Source: an uncultured Verrucomicrobiota bacterium
Lineage (GTDB): Bacteria > Verrucomicrobiota > Kiritimatiellia > CAIQIC01 > Lenti-01
Length of the DNA: 64,000 bases
Direction: 5' to 3'
Assembly (NCBI GenBank): GCA_964526745.1
Contig: CAZGMQ010000009.1
Coordinates: 929-64,928, forward strand
Below are positions 10,499 through 20,700 of the stretch, one piece after another (positions within the stretch are counted from its first letter, which is position 1; every line of letters starts with the position of its first letter). The translations under genes were made by a program, and so were the position numbers. Below the pieces are notes generated by a model. It saw only the letters and a list, made by a program, of their open reading frames with translations. It had not been told where the DNA came from and ran no database searches.

Positions 10499-11833
10499 GT
10501 GAATCAGACTATGAAAAAATTATGTATTCTCGCCGCCAGCATGATGTTGGCCAGCATGGCATGTGCCGCTGATCCGCTTCCGTCGTGGAACGATTCGGCA
10601 TCCAAACAGGCCATTCTTAATTTTGTAGATACCGTGACCCGTCCGGGGTCGCCAAACTATGTCCCGCCGGCGGAACGTATCGCGACCTTCGACAATGACG
10701 GCACCCTGTGGGCGGAGCAGCCCCTGTACTTTCAGTCCTTCTTCATTTTTGACCGCATCAAGACCTTGGCACCGCAGCATCCGGAGTGGGAAACCCAGGA
10801 GCCGTTTGCCTCGGTGCTGAAGGGGGACACAGAGGCCGCTTTGGCGGGTGGGGAGCATGCGGCGATGGAAATGGGCATGGCCACGCACGCGGGCATGACC
10901 ACCGAGGAGTTTGAACAGATTGTGTCGGACTGGCTTGTTACGGCGACCCATCCGGAGACCGGCCGGCCGCTGACGGAAATGATCTATCAGCCCATGCTCG
11001 AACTGCTGACCTATCTGCGGGCGAACGGTTTCAAAAACTTCATTGTCTCCGGCGGCGGTATCGAATTTATGCGGCCATGGACAGAAGAGGTCTACGGCAT
11101 TCCGCCGGAGCAGATCATTGGATCGAGCATTGTGACGGAGTTCCAGATGCAGGACGGGATCCCCGTGCTGGTTCGTCCGCCGAAAATAAACTTCAACAAT
11201 GACAAGAAAGACAAGCCGGTCGGGATTAACTCCCATATCGGACGCCGGCCGATTGCCGCGTTCGGGAATTCCGATGGAGACCTGCAGATGCTGCAGTGGA
11301 CGGATGCGGGCGAGGGCGCTCGTTTCTGCCTCTATGTGCATCATACGGATGCCGATCGCGAGTGGGCGTATGATCGCGGTTCGCATGTCGGCAGTCTGGA
11401 CAAAGGCCTGGACGAAGCCGCTGAAAAGGGCTGGACGGTTGTCGATATGAAAGAGGATTGGAAAACGATTTTTCCGCCACAACCAAACCCGCTCCTGAAA
11501 ACCGAATGGCTTGTGGAAGATATCGGCGGGGAGGGTGTGATCGATATCGCTCAGACAACAGTGGAATTCGGTGAAGAAAATCGCGTGTCCGGCAGCACGG
11601 CCTGCAATCGATATAACGCGTCCGTAGAAGTGGAGGGCGATCGTATTTCCTTTGGCCCCATGGCTTCCACGAAGATGGCCTGTTCATTGGCTGTGATAAA
11701 TCAGGAGGTGCGGTTCTTTAACGCCATGCCTTCTGTGCGTTCCTATGCGTTCGATCAGGACGGATCCATTCTGGTTTTCCTCGATGAGAACGGTGAAAAG
11801 ATTCTCCGGATGTCGAAAAAGAGTGAAGAATGA
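10499..11833 (+). CDS. Secreted HAD-like phosphatase fused to a C-terminal META/HslJ domain.
   Basis: FDNDGTLW HAD motif I. C-terminal DUF306/META-like segment (GSTACNRYNASVEVEGDRISFGPMASTKMAC). Confidence 0.55.
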   Translation: MNQTMKKLCILAASMMLASMACAADPLPSWNDSASKQAILNFVDTVTRPGSPNYVPPAERIATFDNDGTLWAEQPLYFQSFFIFDRIKTLAPQHPEWETQEPFASVLKGDTEAALAGGEHAAMEMGMATHAGMTTEEFEQIVSDWLVTATHPETGRPLTEMIYQPMLELLTYLRANGFKNFIVSGGGIEFMRPWTEEVYGIPPEQIIGSSIVTEFQMQDGIPVLVRPPKINFNNDKKDKPVGINSHIGRRPIAAFGNSDGDLQMLQWTDAGEGARFCLYVHHTDADREWAYDRGSHVGSLDKGLDEAAEKGWTVVDMKEDWKTIFPPQPNPLLKTEWLVEDIGGEGVIDIAQTTVEFGEENRVSGSTACNRYNASVEVEGDRISFGPMASTKMACSLAVINQEVRFFNAMPSVRSYAFDQDGSILVFLDENGEKILRMSKKSEE

Positions 11834-12258
11834 AAATAGGCAAACAGGTGTTGATGGGGGCGATGGGAGTAATCGTCCTGCTGTCATTTTGTTCTGCGGG
11901 GTTTGCTGAACCGGATGGGTCTGAGGCTTCGTCCCCAGCTGTGAATTCGCCTCCCTCCGTGCTGGAAGGGAAGTGGCTCCGTCCGGATGGGGGCTATGTG
12001 CTGCAGCTGAGTGCGGTCGGTGCGGCGGGAGAACTGACCGCTGCCTATTTCAACCCGCGCCCCATCCATGTGGAGCACGCGGAGTGGACTCAAAAGGGCG
12101 GGAAACTGCAGGTGTTTGTGAAGCTGCAGGCACCCAACTATCCCGGTTCGACCTATACCCTGACCTATGATTCGGACCAGGACCGATTGACCGGAATCTA
12201 TTTCCAGGCGGTCCTGCGGCAGTCCTTTGATGTAGAGTTTAAGCGCCAACTCCAATAG
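11830..12258 (+). CDS. Small secreted protein (DUF2147-like).
   Basis: ORF track with a signal peptide; start overlaps the upstream stop. Confidence 0.45.
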   Translation: MKIGKQVLMGAMGVIVLLSFCSAGFAEPDGSEASSPAVNSPPSVLEGKWLRPDGGYVLQLSAVGAAGELTAAYFNPRPIHVEHAEWTQKGGKLQVFVKLQAPNYPGSTYTLTYDSDQDRLTGIYFQAVLRQSFDVEFKRQLQ

Positions 12259-12367
12259 ATCGTATCTTTTTTCTGTTGTGTTGAGTTTTTGATGCGACAT
12301 TTATCTATGGGGACTCTATACTGCACAGATTGAGCGGTTCGGAATCTGAAAGGTTCACGCGAACGAT

Positions 12368-13501
12368 ATGGCAGAAGCAGAAACAGCCAGGATCAGCACG
12401 GCACAGCAGGGGGATGCCACGCTGGAAGTCTCCTTTTCGGGGGCTTTTGTTTTAGCCGCTTCAGCCCCTCAGCAGATTCAGGCATTACAGGAACTTCCGG
12501 CATCTATTCATAAGCTGGTTCTGAAGGATGAGGGCATCACCGAATGGGACAGCGCTCTGCTGATTCTGCTGATGGAAATCAAGCAGCGCTGCGAGAAGCA
12601 GGAGGTCGAGTTGGATTTCTCCGGTTTGCCTAAAGGCGCGCAGCAGATGATCCAGCTGGCGTCTGAAGTTCCCGAGCGCAAAGGCGCCGCCCATGACGGG
12701 AAGCGGGATTCCTTTCTGGTTCGCATCGGAAAAAAGAGTCAGAGCACCTGGGGGGAGGTCACGGGGTTTGTGACGTTTCTCGGGGCAGCGACCATCAGTG
12801 TGGGGCGGATGCTGACCGGTCGGGCGCAATACCGGCATTCTGAATTCTGGGCCATCATTCAGGAATGCGGCCCGAAGGCGTTGGGGATTGTGACCATCAT
12901 CAGCGTGCTGGTCGGGGCGATTCTGGCCTTTGTCGGCGCGATGCAGCTGCAGATGTTTGGGGCTCAGATTCTGGTGGCGAACCTCGTCGGGATGGGCATG
13001 GTGGTGGAAATGGGAGCCCTGATGACCGGCATTATCCTGGCCGGACGGACAGGGGCATCTTTTGCGGCCCAGATCGGCACCATGCAGGTCAATGAAGAGA
13101 TTGATGCGCTGCGAACCATGGGGATTCCTCCGATGGACTATCTGGTCCTTCCCCGACTGGTCGCCTTGGTGATCATGACGCCGCTTCTGGTGATCTATGC
13201 CGATGTGCTGGGCATTCTGGGTGGAGCCATCATCGGTATTTTCGCGCTGGATATCCCGCCGGTTCTCTTTTTCAACCAGACTTTTTCCTCGATTTCGCTC
13301 TGGCATTGCGCCCAGGGCCTGATTAAGGGCAGCACCTTCGGCCTGCTGGTGGCCATTATGGGATGCCTGCGGGGCATGCAGTGCGGACGCAGCGCTTCCG
13401 CAGTGGGAGAAGCCACCACATCGGCGGTGGTCTCCGGCATCGTGATGATCGTTGTGGCCGATGCCATCTGGACCTATATCTTTATGACGGTGGGTATGTG
13501 A
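12368..13501 (+). CDS. mlaE: Mla-type ABC permease (MlaE family) with an N-terminal STAS domain.
   Basis: An N-terminal roughly 100 aa STAS-like domain is followed by multi-TM MlaE-like permease sequence. It is first in a 4-gene operon. Confidence 0.7.
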   Translation: MAEAETARISTAQQGDATLEVSFSGAFVLAASAPQQIQALQELPASIHKLVLKDEGITEWDSALLILLMEIKQRCEKQEVELDFSGLPKGAQQMIQLASEVPERKGAAHDGKRDSFLVRIGKKSQSTWGEVTGFVTFLGAATISVGRMLTGRAQYRHSEFWAIIQECGPKALGIVTIISVLVGAILAFVGAMQLQMFGAQILVANLVGMGMVVEMGALMTGIILAGRTGASFAAQIGTMQVNEEIDALRTMGIPPMDYLVLPRLVALVIMTPLLVIYADVLGILGGAIIGIFALDIPPVLFFNQTFSSISLWHCAQGLIKGSTFGLLVAIMGCLRGMQCGRSASAVGEATTSAVVSGIVMIVVADAIWTYIFMTVGM

Positions 13502-14331
13502 TGACCGCGACACCCTCCAATCCTGCCTCGGAACCGATTCCGGATGCCGTACGCATGCATGTGGATGGGCTGGAGATGCGGTACGGAGACTTTCTGATTC
13601 AGAAAGACCTGACCTTTGATATTCGGAAAGGGGAGGTCTTTATCATCATGGGCGGCAGCGGTTGCGGAAAGAGCACGCTGCTGAAACATATGATCGGGCT
13701 GATTCGTCCCGCCGCCGGAGAAATTTATTATGGGGACACCCCGTTCTGGGCCCAGGAGGAGGATGTCCGCCAGCAGATGATGCAGAAGGTGGGCGTTTTG
13801 TATCAGCAGGGAGCCCTGTGGAGTTCCATGACACTCGCGGAGAATATTGCCGTTCCGCTCGAGGAATATTCCGATCTCTCGGCCAAAACTATCCGGGAGG
13901 TGGCCTCCCTGAAGCTGGCGCTGGTCGGTCTGGCCGGGTTTGAGGATTTCTATCCTTCCGAAATCAGCGGCGGGATGTGCAAGCGCGCGGGTTTGGCCCG
14001 CGCCATGGCTTTGGATCCGGATATCCTCTTTTTTGATGAGCCCTCGGCCGGGTTGGATCCCATCAGCTCCAAGCTGCTGGATGATCTGATTCTGGAACTG
14101 CGCGACAGCCTGGGCACGACGATTGTCATCGTCACTCATGAACTGGACAGTATTTTTTCGATTGGCGACAACTGTGTTTTCCTCGATGCGGAAACCAAAA
14201 CCATGATTGCCACGGGGAATCCCCGTGAGTTGCGAGACCACTCGCCCGATCCACGTGTCCGGCTTTTCCTGACGCGAGGTCAGACCGACGGCCATGAGGA
14301 TCAAAGAGAAAGTGAACAGGTGAAGAGATGA
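13502..14331 (+). CDS. mlaF: ABC transporter ATP-binding protein (MlaF-like).
   Basis: Walker A GGSGCGKST, LSGGM signature, Walker B ILFFDEP. Confidence 0.8.
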
Positions 14332-15332
14332 GCAAAAAAGCAAATCCGGCGGTCATCGGAGCCTTCGTGCTGGGAGCGGCCTTGCTGGGTGTGGTGGCGA
14401 TTCTGACTCTCGGGGCCGGCAAACTGTTCGAGAAAACCGAGACCTATGTGATGTTTTTTGAGGGAGATCTGGGCGGGCTCGATGTCGGGGCTCCTGTCCA
14501 ATATCGGGGGATGCGGATTGGTTCGGTGAAGAGCATGCAACTCGAACTCAATACGGACACCGGGGATTCCCAGATTCCGGTGTATATCCAGATTGAGAAC
14601 AGCCGCCTGACCTTGACCGGAAAAGTCCGCAAAGGGATGGGGATGGGGATGGCGTATCAGATCGATCAGAAAGGAATCCGAGGTCAGCTTCAGACGGACA
14701 GCCTGATTACCGGAAAGAAAAAAGTCTCCTTGATCGATGATCCGGGCAGTCCCAAACGGCTGGTGGGCGTAGATCTGTCCGTGTTGGAAATTCCGACGGT
14801 GCCGACCCTGCAGGAAACTCTTCTGAAGAAACTGGAAGACTTGCCTTTCCAAAATATTGTATCCAATTTGAACGCCACACTGTTGTCGGTCGCTTCCCTC
14901 GCTGGCTCCCCTGAAGTTAAAGAGGCTGTGGTATCCATCAGTCAGTCATCCGGTAAGTTGGAGTCGCTGTTGGCCAAACTGGAAGAAACCGTTCCTGCCC
15001 TGGTGAAGAGCACGACGGCGACCGCCGAGGAGACCCGAGGTCTGCTGCTGGGGATCAGACCGGCCATGACCAATCTGGAACCGTTGATGGTGACGGCTCA
15101 GGCCAACCTGGAAGCGCTCCATGAGGTGGAGAAGGAGCTGACGGCGACCCTGTCTGAAGCCAGGAAGATGATGAGCGAACAGTCTCCAATCCGATATGAT
15201 TTGAACGTGGCCCTGGAACGGGTCGGCGGAGCGGCGGATTCCATCCGTCAGTTCATGGATTATCTGCAGCGGCATCCCGAAGCTTTTCTGGCCGGAAAAG
15301 GAAAAATGAACAACGATCGGAGCAACCCATGA
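14328..15332 (+). CDS. mlaD: MCE-domain substrate-binding protein (MlaD-like).
   Basis: N-terminal TM then an MCE domain; coupled to mlaF through an ATGA overlap. Confidence 0.7.
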   Translation: MSKKANPAVIGAFVLGAALLGVVAILTLGAGKLFEKTETYVMFFEGDLGGLDVGAPVQYRGMRIGSVKSMQLELNTDTGDSQIPVYIQIENSRLTLTGKVRKGMGMGMAYQIDQKGIRGQLQTDSLITGKKKVSLIDDPGSPKRLVGVDLSVLEIPTVPTLQETLLKKLEDLPFQNIVSNLNATLLSVASLAGSPEVKEAVVSISQSSGKLESLLAKLEETVPALVKSTTATAEETRGLLLGIRPAMTNLEPLMVTAQANLEALHEVEKELTATLSEARKMMSEQSPIRYDLNVALERVGGAADSIRQFMDYLQRHPEAFLAGKGKMNNDRSNP

Positions 15333-15949
15333 ATAAATTGATACCCCTCTGTCTGTCCTGCACCCTGCTGATCGGCCTGATCGGCTGTATCACCCCGGCT
15401 CCGGGCCCCCGGTCTCAGTTCTACCAGCTTCAGCCCATTGTGAAAGAAGTGCCGGCCGGAGCCGAGTCCCTTGACGGGCCGGTGGTCCACATTGGCCCGG
15501 TGGAGGTGTCGGAATATCTGAACCGCCCGCAGATGGTGTCCCGGATTGGGAACCATCAGGTGGCCTATAATGAACTGAAGCGATGGGCGGAGCCCCTCCA
15601 GGCCAACATTCTTTGGGTCTTGACCAAAAACATTCATGATGAGCTTCCGGCGGTGCGTGTCGTTCCCTACACGGGGATGCCGAATCTGTACAATGTCACC
15701 ACCCTGTCAGTTCCGGTCCAGATCTCCCGGATGGAAACCCGGCCGGATGGAACCGTTCTGCTGCAGGCCGGCTGGATCGTGATTCCGCAGAAGACAGACG
15801 TCGGCGCCACTCCCGTCAGTATGACCTTTACCAAAGCCGTGGCATCCGACACGACGGAGGATCTCGTGGCGGCGCAGAGCGAACTGATTAAGGAACTGAG
15901 CGAAAAGATCGCAGGCGATATTCAGGCGGCACTGAAAGAGGCGCCTTAG
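15329..15949 (+). CDS. ABC-transport auxiliary lipoprotein (PqiC/YmbA-like).
   Basis: Lipobox LIGLIGC; sits after the MCE gene with an overlapping stop/start. Confidence 0.55.
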   Translation: MNKLIPLCLSCTLLIGLIGCITPAPGPRSQFYQLQPIVKEVPAGAESLDGPVVHIGPVEVSEYLNRPQMVSRIGNHQVAYNELKRWAEPLQANILWVLTKNIHDELPAVRVVPYTGMPNLYNVTTLSVPVQISRMETRPDGTVLLQAGWIVIPQKTDVGATPVSMTFTKAVASDTTEDLVAAQSELIKELSEKIAGDIQAALKEAP

Positions 15950-15979
15950 GGCTCTCTTAAGGGCTGAAGGACAGCGGGG

Positions 15980-16816
15980 ATGAATATCGGAGTGGCATTA
16001 GGCGGCGGCGGTGTCCGTGGGCTGGCGCACATTCTGGCGCTGGAGGTGATCGATGACCTCGGGATCAAGCCGGTTGCCCTCTCTGGAACCAGCATGGGGT
16101 CCATCATCGGTGCGTTGTATGCGTCCGGCCTGTCCGGAAAAGACATACGGGAGCTCCTCAATCAGCACATCATTACCTCGAACGACAATGCCTCCAGCAT
16201 CTATAAGAAAAAAGCAAATCTGTTCAAGTGGCTGAAGGCCGTTCGTCCGACGGTGACCGGATCCGGTCTATTCAAAGTGGATGGATTCATGCGTCTGTTG
16301 CTCGAATCGCTCCAGGCGGAAACCTTTGAAGACCTGGAAATTCCGCTGCAAGTCATCGCGACAGATTATCATCTGGGAGAAGCGGTGGTTTTCAGCAAGG
16401 GCCCGCTGCTGCCGGCCATCCGTGCCAGCATGTCCATTCCAGGCGTCTTTGTCCCTGTGGAGCATGAAGGTCGCATTTTGGTGGATGGGGGACTGACCGA
16501 TCAGGTGCCCTATGATGTTCTGCTGGAAACCTGTGAGGTCACCGTGGCGGTCGATGTCGGCCCCACTCGGGAAAGCGAGGAGGCCGGGTTGCCAAGTGTG
16601 CTGGATGCTACACTCGGTATGTTTGACATCCTGGTGGATCAGGTCGTGGCCGCCCAGCTGCGGGAAGGCCCACCTACCATTTATGTCCGCCCGACCCTGA
16701 CGGGAATCAAGGTGCTGGATTTTGACAAGATTGAATCCGTGTATGAGCAGGCCGCTCCTTCCATGGATGAGCTGAGAACCGCTCTGACAAAATTGCGGGA
16801 GAAGGAAGAAGGATGA
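15980..16816 (+). CDS. Patatin-like phospholipase.
   Basis: GGGVRG oxyanion motif, GTSMGS nucleophile elbow, DGG catalytic Asp motif. Confidence 0.8.
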   Translation: MNIGVALGGGGVRGLAHILALEVIDDLGIKPVALSGTSMGSIIGALYASGLSGKDIRELLNQHIITSNDNASSIYKKKANLFKWLKAVRPTVTGSGLFKVDGFMRLLLESLQAETFEDLEIPLQVIATDYHLGEAVVFSKGPLLPAIRASMSIPGVFVPVEHEGRILVDGGLTDQVPYDVLLETCEVTVAVDVGPTRESEEAGLPSVLDATLGMFDILVDQVVAAQLREGPPTIYVRPTLTGIKVLDFDKIESVYEQAAPSMDELRTALTKLREKEEG

Positions 16817-16817
16817 A

Positions 16818-18245
16818 ATGATAGAGATTGTTTTGGCAATTGGCATTCCACTTTTCCATCTCATGGGTCTGTTCTCGGCATTTCATGCCGTGATGAATGC
16901 GCGGACCTCTCAGGGATCAATTGCGTGGACCGTGTCCCTGCTCCTGATGCCCTACATCGCGGTACCGGCTTATTGGATTCTCGGACGCAGCCGATTTAAC
17001 GGGTATGTGACCGCTCGCCGGTCAGGGGATGTGACCATCCAGGAAAAGCTGGGCCAGGTGATGGAACAAGTCGCTCCGTACCGCATGCCGGACACGGAAA
17101 TTGGGGCTTCCGGAGATGCAGCACGTCGGCTGGCGGACCTCCCATATTTGATGGGGAACGATGTTCAGTTGCTGGTGGATGGCGATGCGACCTTTGACAG
17201 TATTCTGAAGGGCATCGATGCCGCCACTACCTATATTCTCTTCCAGTTTTTCATTGTGAAGGATGATGAGATTGGCCGGCTGGTGAAGGACCATTTGATC
17301 GCCAAGGCGGCAGCGGGGGTGAAGATCTACTTCCTGTACGATGAAGTCGGGAGCCATGATCTGCCGGACGCCTACAAAGAGGATCTTCGGGCCGCTGGAG
17401 TCAAAATCTATGACTTTCACACCCAGAAAGGGCCCCGCAACCGGTTCCAAATCAACTTCCGGAATCACCGGAAAGTCGTGGTGGTGGACGGCAAGGTGTC
17501 GTGGATCGGCGGCAGCAATGTAGGCGATGAGTATCTGGGCCGGGATCCGAAATTCGGCCACTGGCGCGATACGCACATCCGCATCGAAGGGCCGGCAACC
17601 CTGTCCGTTCAGATCTCTTTTGCGGAGGATTGGAACTGGGCGGCGGGAACACCCATCCCGGAGCTGGTCTGGACCCCAGTACCGAGTGCGGCCGGGAACC
17701 TCCCAGTGTTGATTGTTCCCTCCGGGCCTGCGGATAAACTCGAGACCGCAACCTTGATGTTTCTCCACGCGATCAATTCAGCGCAGAAGCGCCTGTGGAT
17801 CGCCAGCCCATACTTCGTGCCGGATGATTCGATTTTATCAGCTCTGCAACTGGCGGGACTGCGGGGGGTGGATGTCCGGATCCTTATCCCGGACATGGCG
17901 GACCATCTGCTGGTCTATATGGCGGCCTTTTCCTTCTTTGACGATGCCAGCCAGACCGGCGTCCGCTTCTTCCGGTATACCGATGGCTTCCTGCATCAGA
18001 AGGTCATGTTGATTGATGACCATACGGCCACCGTAGGGACCGCTAATTTCGACAACCGCTCCTTTCGCTTGAACTTTGAAATCACAGGCGTGATTGCGGA
18101 CGCAGCGTTTGCGAAGGAGGTCGAACAGATGCTGGAGCAGGATTTCTCCCGGTCGCGGGAAATGACGCGCGCCGATGTGGACAATCGCTCGTTTTGGTTT
18201 ACATTAGGGTCTCGGATGGCCCGGCTGACCTCGCCCATACAATAA
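16818..18245 (+). CDS. cls: Cardiolipin synthase (PLD superfamily).
   Basis: Two HKD motifs (HRKVVVVDG and HQKVMLIDD); N-terminal TM helices. Confidence 0.8.
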   Translation: MIEIVLAIGIPLFHLMGLFSAFHAVMNARTSQGSIAWTVSLLLMPYIAVPAYWILGRSRFNGYVTARRSGDVTIQEKLGQVMEQVAPYRMPDTEIGASGDAARRLADLPYLMGNDVQLLVDGDATFDSILKGIDAATTYILFQFFIVKDDEIGRLVKDHLIAKAAAGVKIYFLYDEVGSHDLPDAYKEDLRAAGVKIYDFHTQKGPRNRFQINFRNHRKVVVVDGKVSWIGGSNVGDEYLGRDPKFGHWRDTHIRIEGPATLSVQISFAEDWNWAAGTPIPELVWTPVPSAAGNLPVLIVPSGPADKLETATLMFLHAINSAQKRLWIASPYFVPDDSILSALQLAGLRGVDVRILIPDMADHLLVYMAAFSFFDDASQTGVRFFRYTDGFLHQKVMLIDDHTATVGTANFDNRSFRLNFEITGVIADAAFAKEVEQMLEQDFSRSREMTRADVDNRSFWFTLGSRMARLTSPIQ

Positions 18246-18279
18246 AGAATTTGAAAAGACAGAACCCTGAACCAAAGGA

Positions 18280-18837
18280 ATGAACATGAGTGAACAACAA
18301 GCAGTACAGAGCGGTCGCGGGTGCATGACGGCCCTGGGCATCTTGAGTATTTTCGCGGGAATGGCCGCCATCGGAAGCCCCTTTCTCATTAGCGCCTATG
18401 CCGCAATCATTATCGGTGTATCGCTGATCATGGGTGGCATCATGGAACTGATGATGGCTTTCACTGCCGGTGATGGGAAATCGAGGTCTTTCATCTTCTT
18501 GGCGGGTATTTTGGCCATCGCTCTGGGTGGCTATGTGGTGACCAATCCTGAGTTTGCTGTCGCTCTGTTTGGCTACATATTGATTGTCTTCTTTTTGTTG
18601 GATGGGTTTATCCGTAGTGCTCATGCCATCTCTTTTAGACCGATTAAAGGGTGGGGTTGGCAGCTGTTCTCAGGTCTCATCTCCATTGCCTTGGGTATTG
18701 GAGTCTGGGTGAAAATGCCACTGTCAGCCTGGTGGGTGATTGGCACGGTCATTGGTATCCGCCTCCTGTTCGCCGGATTCGGCATCCTGTTCCTGACCGG
18801 CGCCGTCGCCGCCGCGGAGAAATCCATCGAGGCATAG
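18280..18837 (+). CDS. HdeD/DUF308-family membrane protein.
   Basis: Multi-TM small protein with an HdeD-like repeat pattern. Confidence 0.5.
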   Translation: MNMSEQQAVQSGRGCMTALGILSIFAGMAAIGSPFLISAYAAIIIGVSLIMGGIMELMMAFTAGDGKSRSFIFLAGILAIALGGYVVTNPEFAVALFGYILIVFFLLDGFIRSAHAISFRPIKGWGWQLFSGLISIALGIGVWVKMPLSAWWVIGTVIGIRLLFAGFGILFLTGAVAAAEKSIEA

Positions 18838-18930
18838 CCTCACCGGATTTAGGGCGCTCATCCCCGCGGTCGCCGGTCCGGCAGCCGCGGGGGACTTGAG
18901 AGAGAGATTGTTCATCATGCGAGGGCGGAG

Positions 18931-20652
18931 ATGAAATACACCGGTGTAAAAAGTGAAATATGGTTGTTGTGGATAACTCTGGGGGTGGCCAGCATGGCGA
19001 TGGACGCCTCTGCCCGCGCTACAGAGTCCGCGGTTCCGGCGGAAGAAATCATCGAAACGGCAGCGACCTTCCCTTTGGCCGATGAAACCGCTTCCGCACC
19101 GGTCAGGTCCGGAAGTTTTGAAGAGAAGATTTCCCCGTCCATTCCCGAAACATCAGCATCAAGAAAAAGGCCTCCCCAAAGAAGAGCTCCAAAAAAGATT
19201 CAGACGATTCCGATGCCGGAAGGCCGGATGCCCCAGCCTTTGCCGCCGCCAAAACCTTCCTGGGGGAAGCGGATCCTTTGGTATGTGCCGAACCGGGTCA
19301 TGGATCTGCTGGATATCTTTCGCTTGCGGGTCCGGGCCGGCCCCGGCCTTTCGGCCAACTTCCGGATGACCGATTACGGCGCGTTCTATTGGGGAAAATA
19401 CAACACGGTCTATCTCGGTCTTCCCGGCCCCCGTTATCCATATATCCTTCGCTCTCCGGTGGGGTTTGAATCTCTGAACGGTATGATTTTGGCCGGGGTG
19501 GATGCCACAGACGACACGCGACATGGCCCTCAGTATGGGCCCTCTGAGGTGGATATTGGCTTCAATCTGCTCGTCGTGGGCGCGGAGGCAGGCATCGATC
19601 CCGTTGAAATCGGCGATTTTGTCGGTGGGCTGTTCTTCTTTGATTTCCGCGGAGATGACTATCCGCGCAAGGCCCCCGACCTGCCTGTTATGACCAGCGG
19701 ACTGGCGCTCGGGGAAGGCTCCGGCATGTTCCAGGTGGGGGATAAGCCCGAACGATTTGACTCCCTCAGCGCCCGTCTGGACTATCTGCATACGAACGTC
19801 CAACGCCGGGTGTCGGAACCCCTGCGTGCCACCGATATGTATTTCGCGGAAGACAAAGAGACGCTGATTGTGCCGCCTCAAACCCAGATGCGCCTCGGCC
19901 TCTATACGGTCTTTACAGAGGATCGGGGCCTGAACTTCGAGTTTTCTCCCGACATTCAGCTGGATGTGGAACTGCCCAATCTGGAGCAGCGCATGCGCAT
20001 TTTTGTGGAAACCGCCCGGGACAATGCCTTGCCGGGAACTTATACGACTGATCAGGAGGATCAGGGGATCAACGTGGGTGCGCGCAAACGGTTCGATAAC
20101 CTTCATCTGTCTCTCGATGCGGGTGTGCGTTCCACCTGGCTGCCCGAGGCCTTTGTCCGGCTGATCTGGTCCTACGAATGGATCGTGGGAAAATGGAGCA
20201 TCCGTCCGGATGAGCGGATCTTTTATCAGGGCGGCGATGGGCTGGGCGCGATGTCTTCGCTGTACATCAACCGATGGCTCGGTGAATCCAACATTGGCCT
20301 ACTGAATCCGACCGCCTCGGCCAAGTATACCAGTGATTCCGATACGCTTTCCTGGTCCTTGAACTTGGATGCCGTCCGCGTGCCGGAACTGCTGGATGAA
20401 AGCCGCCGCGGTAAGAGCTTTGCCTGGAAGGATGCCGCTTGGGCACAGGGCTTGCGCTACAGCGCCTTCGGCTCCCACGGCGTGGTCGACAAGCAGCGAA
20501 TCTCCCTGGGCTTTCGAGGACCGCTCTATAAGAAGTGGATCTATTGGGAACTCGATCCGGGTCTGGAGTGGAATCGGGACAGCGACTATGAAACAGGGTA
20601 TGTCATTCGGATGGGGATCGATCTTCTTTTTTGGGGAAAGGCTCACGGGTAA
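18931..20652 (+). CDS. Secreted hypothetical protein, probably outer-membrane (C-terminal aromatic residue).
   Basis: ORF track; N-terminal hydrophobic segment. Confidence 0.4.
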   Translation: MKYTGVKSEIWLLWITLGVASMAMDASARATESAVPAEEIIETAATFPLADETASAPVRSGSFEEKISPSIPETSASRKRPPQRRAPKKIQTIPMPEGRMPQPLPPPKPSWGKRILWYVPNRVMDLLDIFRLRVRAGPGLSANFRMTDYGAFYWGKYNTVYLGLPGPRYPYILRSPVGFESLNGMILAGVDATDDTRHGPQYGPSEVDIGFNLLVVGAEAGIDPVEIGDFVGGLFFFDFRGDDYPRKAPDLPVMTSGLALGEGSGMFQVGDKPERFDSLSARLDYLHTNVQRRVSEPLRATDMYFAEDKETLIVPPQTQMRLGLYTVFTEDRGLNFEFSPDIQLDVELPNLEQRMRIFVETARDNALPGTYTTDQEDQGINVGARKRFDNLHLSLDAGVRSTWLPEAFVRLIWSYEWIVGKWSIRPDERIFYQGGDGLGAMSSLYINRWLGESNIGLLNPTASAKYTSDSDTLSWSLNLDAVRVPELLDESRRGKSFAWKDAAWAQGLRYSAFGSHGVVDKQRISLGFRGPLYKKWIYWELDPGLEWNRDSDYETGYVIRMGIDLLFWGKAHG

Positions 20653-20700
20653 AGACTCTTACCGCGTTGGCTGAAATACAGGAATTACAGGAGTAGGAAT

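Noticed and set aside
12485-14343. 342-aa and 289-aa minus-strand ORFs.
   Set aside because: Antisense to mlaE and mlaF, which have strong motifs.
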